Of a DNA stretch of 64,000 bases, positions 63,988 to 64,000 are shown one piece after another. The DNA is from an uncultured Candidatus Binatia bacterium (GTDB taxonomy: Bacteria; Desulfobacterota; Binatia; UBA9968; JAJDTQ01): positions 2,112,001-2,176,000 of the forward strand of contig OZ251459.1 in the NCBI GenBank assembly GCA_965242525.1, read 5' to 3'. Position 1 is the first letter of the stretch. The number at the start of each line of letters is the position of its first letter. The translations under genes and the position numbers were made by a program. The notes below the pieces were generated by a model. The model saw only the letters and a program-made list of their open reading frames with translations. It was not told where the DNA came from and did no database searches.

Positions 63988-64000
63988 CCGTTCGTCCTGA
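63988..64000 (-). repeat. Partial REP family A copy at window edge
   Basis: CCGTTCGTCCTGA matches the start of the reverse copies at ~18988 and ~23331. Confidence 0.6.

Overview
GC-rich bacterial chromosome segment. Gene content and order suggest a deltaproteobacterial-like/Binatia-like diderm (inference only). The housekeeping backbone is serS-yraN-rnhB, gatCA...gatB, argJ-secA, moaA, korAB, hemW and a long kdsB-pyrG-kdsA-kdsD-lptCAB-rpoN-ptsN-ptsH-metK-ahcY operon. Three accessory, defence-rich blocks interrupt it. (1) 1-2.9 kb: OLD/TOPRIM nuclease plus UvrD helicase (Gabija-like) and a DUF1156 methylase remnant. (2) 17.6-25.0 kb, splitting gatCA from gatB: a VapBC pair, an orphan antitoxin, a Type IIG-like R-M enzyme with in-frame REP insertions, MITEs and a 61-bp-period repeat array. 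(3) 34.6-46.2 kb: an RHH + nucleotidyltransferase pair, an AAA/PD-(D/E)XK protein, a low-GC six-gene operon and a convergent DNA methyltransferase. The six-gene operon (ParB-like, PD-(D/E)XK-like, SNF2 helicase, second ParB-like, B12-type radical SAM, MORC/HSP90-like GHKL ATPase) is translationally coupled and is the best candidate for an undescribed DNA-modification/anti-phage system. Other notable sequence structure: four 22-bp-period iteron-like repeats abutting an AAA_14/DUF4143 gene, IS5-like MITEs with 4-bp TSDs that carry a REP, and a SecA with a ~280-aa helical insertion. No rRNA, tRNA, integrase or cas genes were seen. All family assignments are by motif recognition, not database searches.
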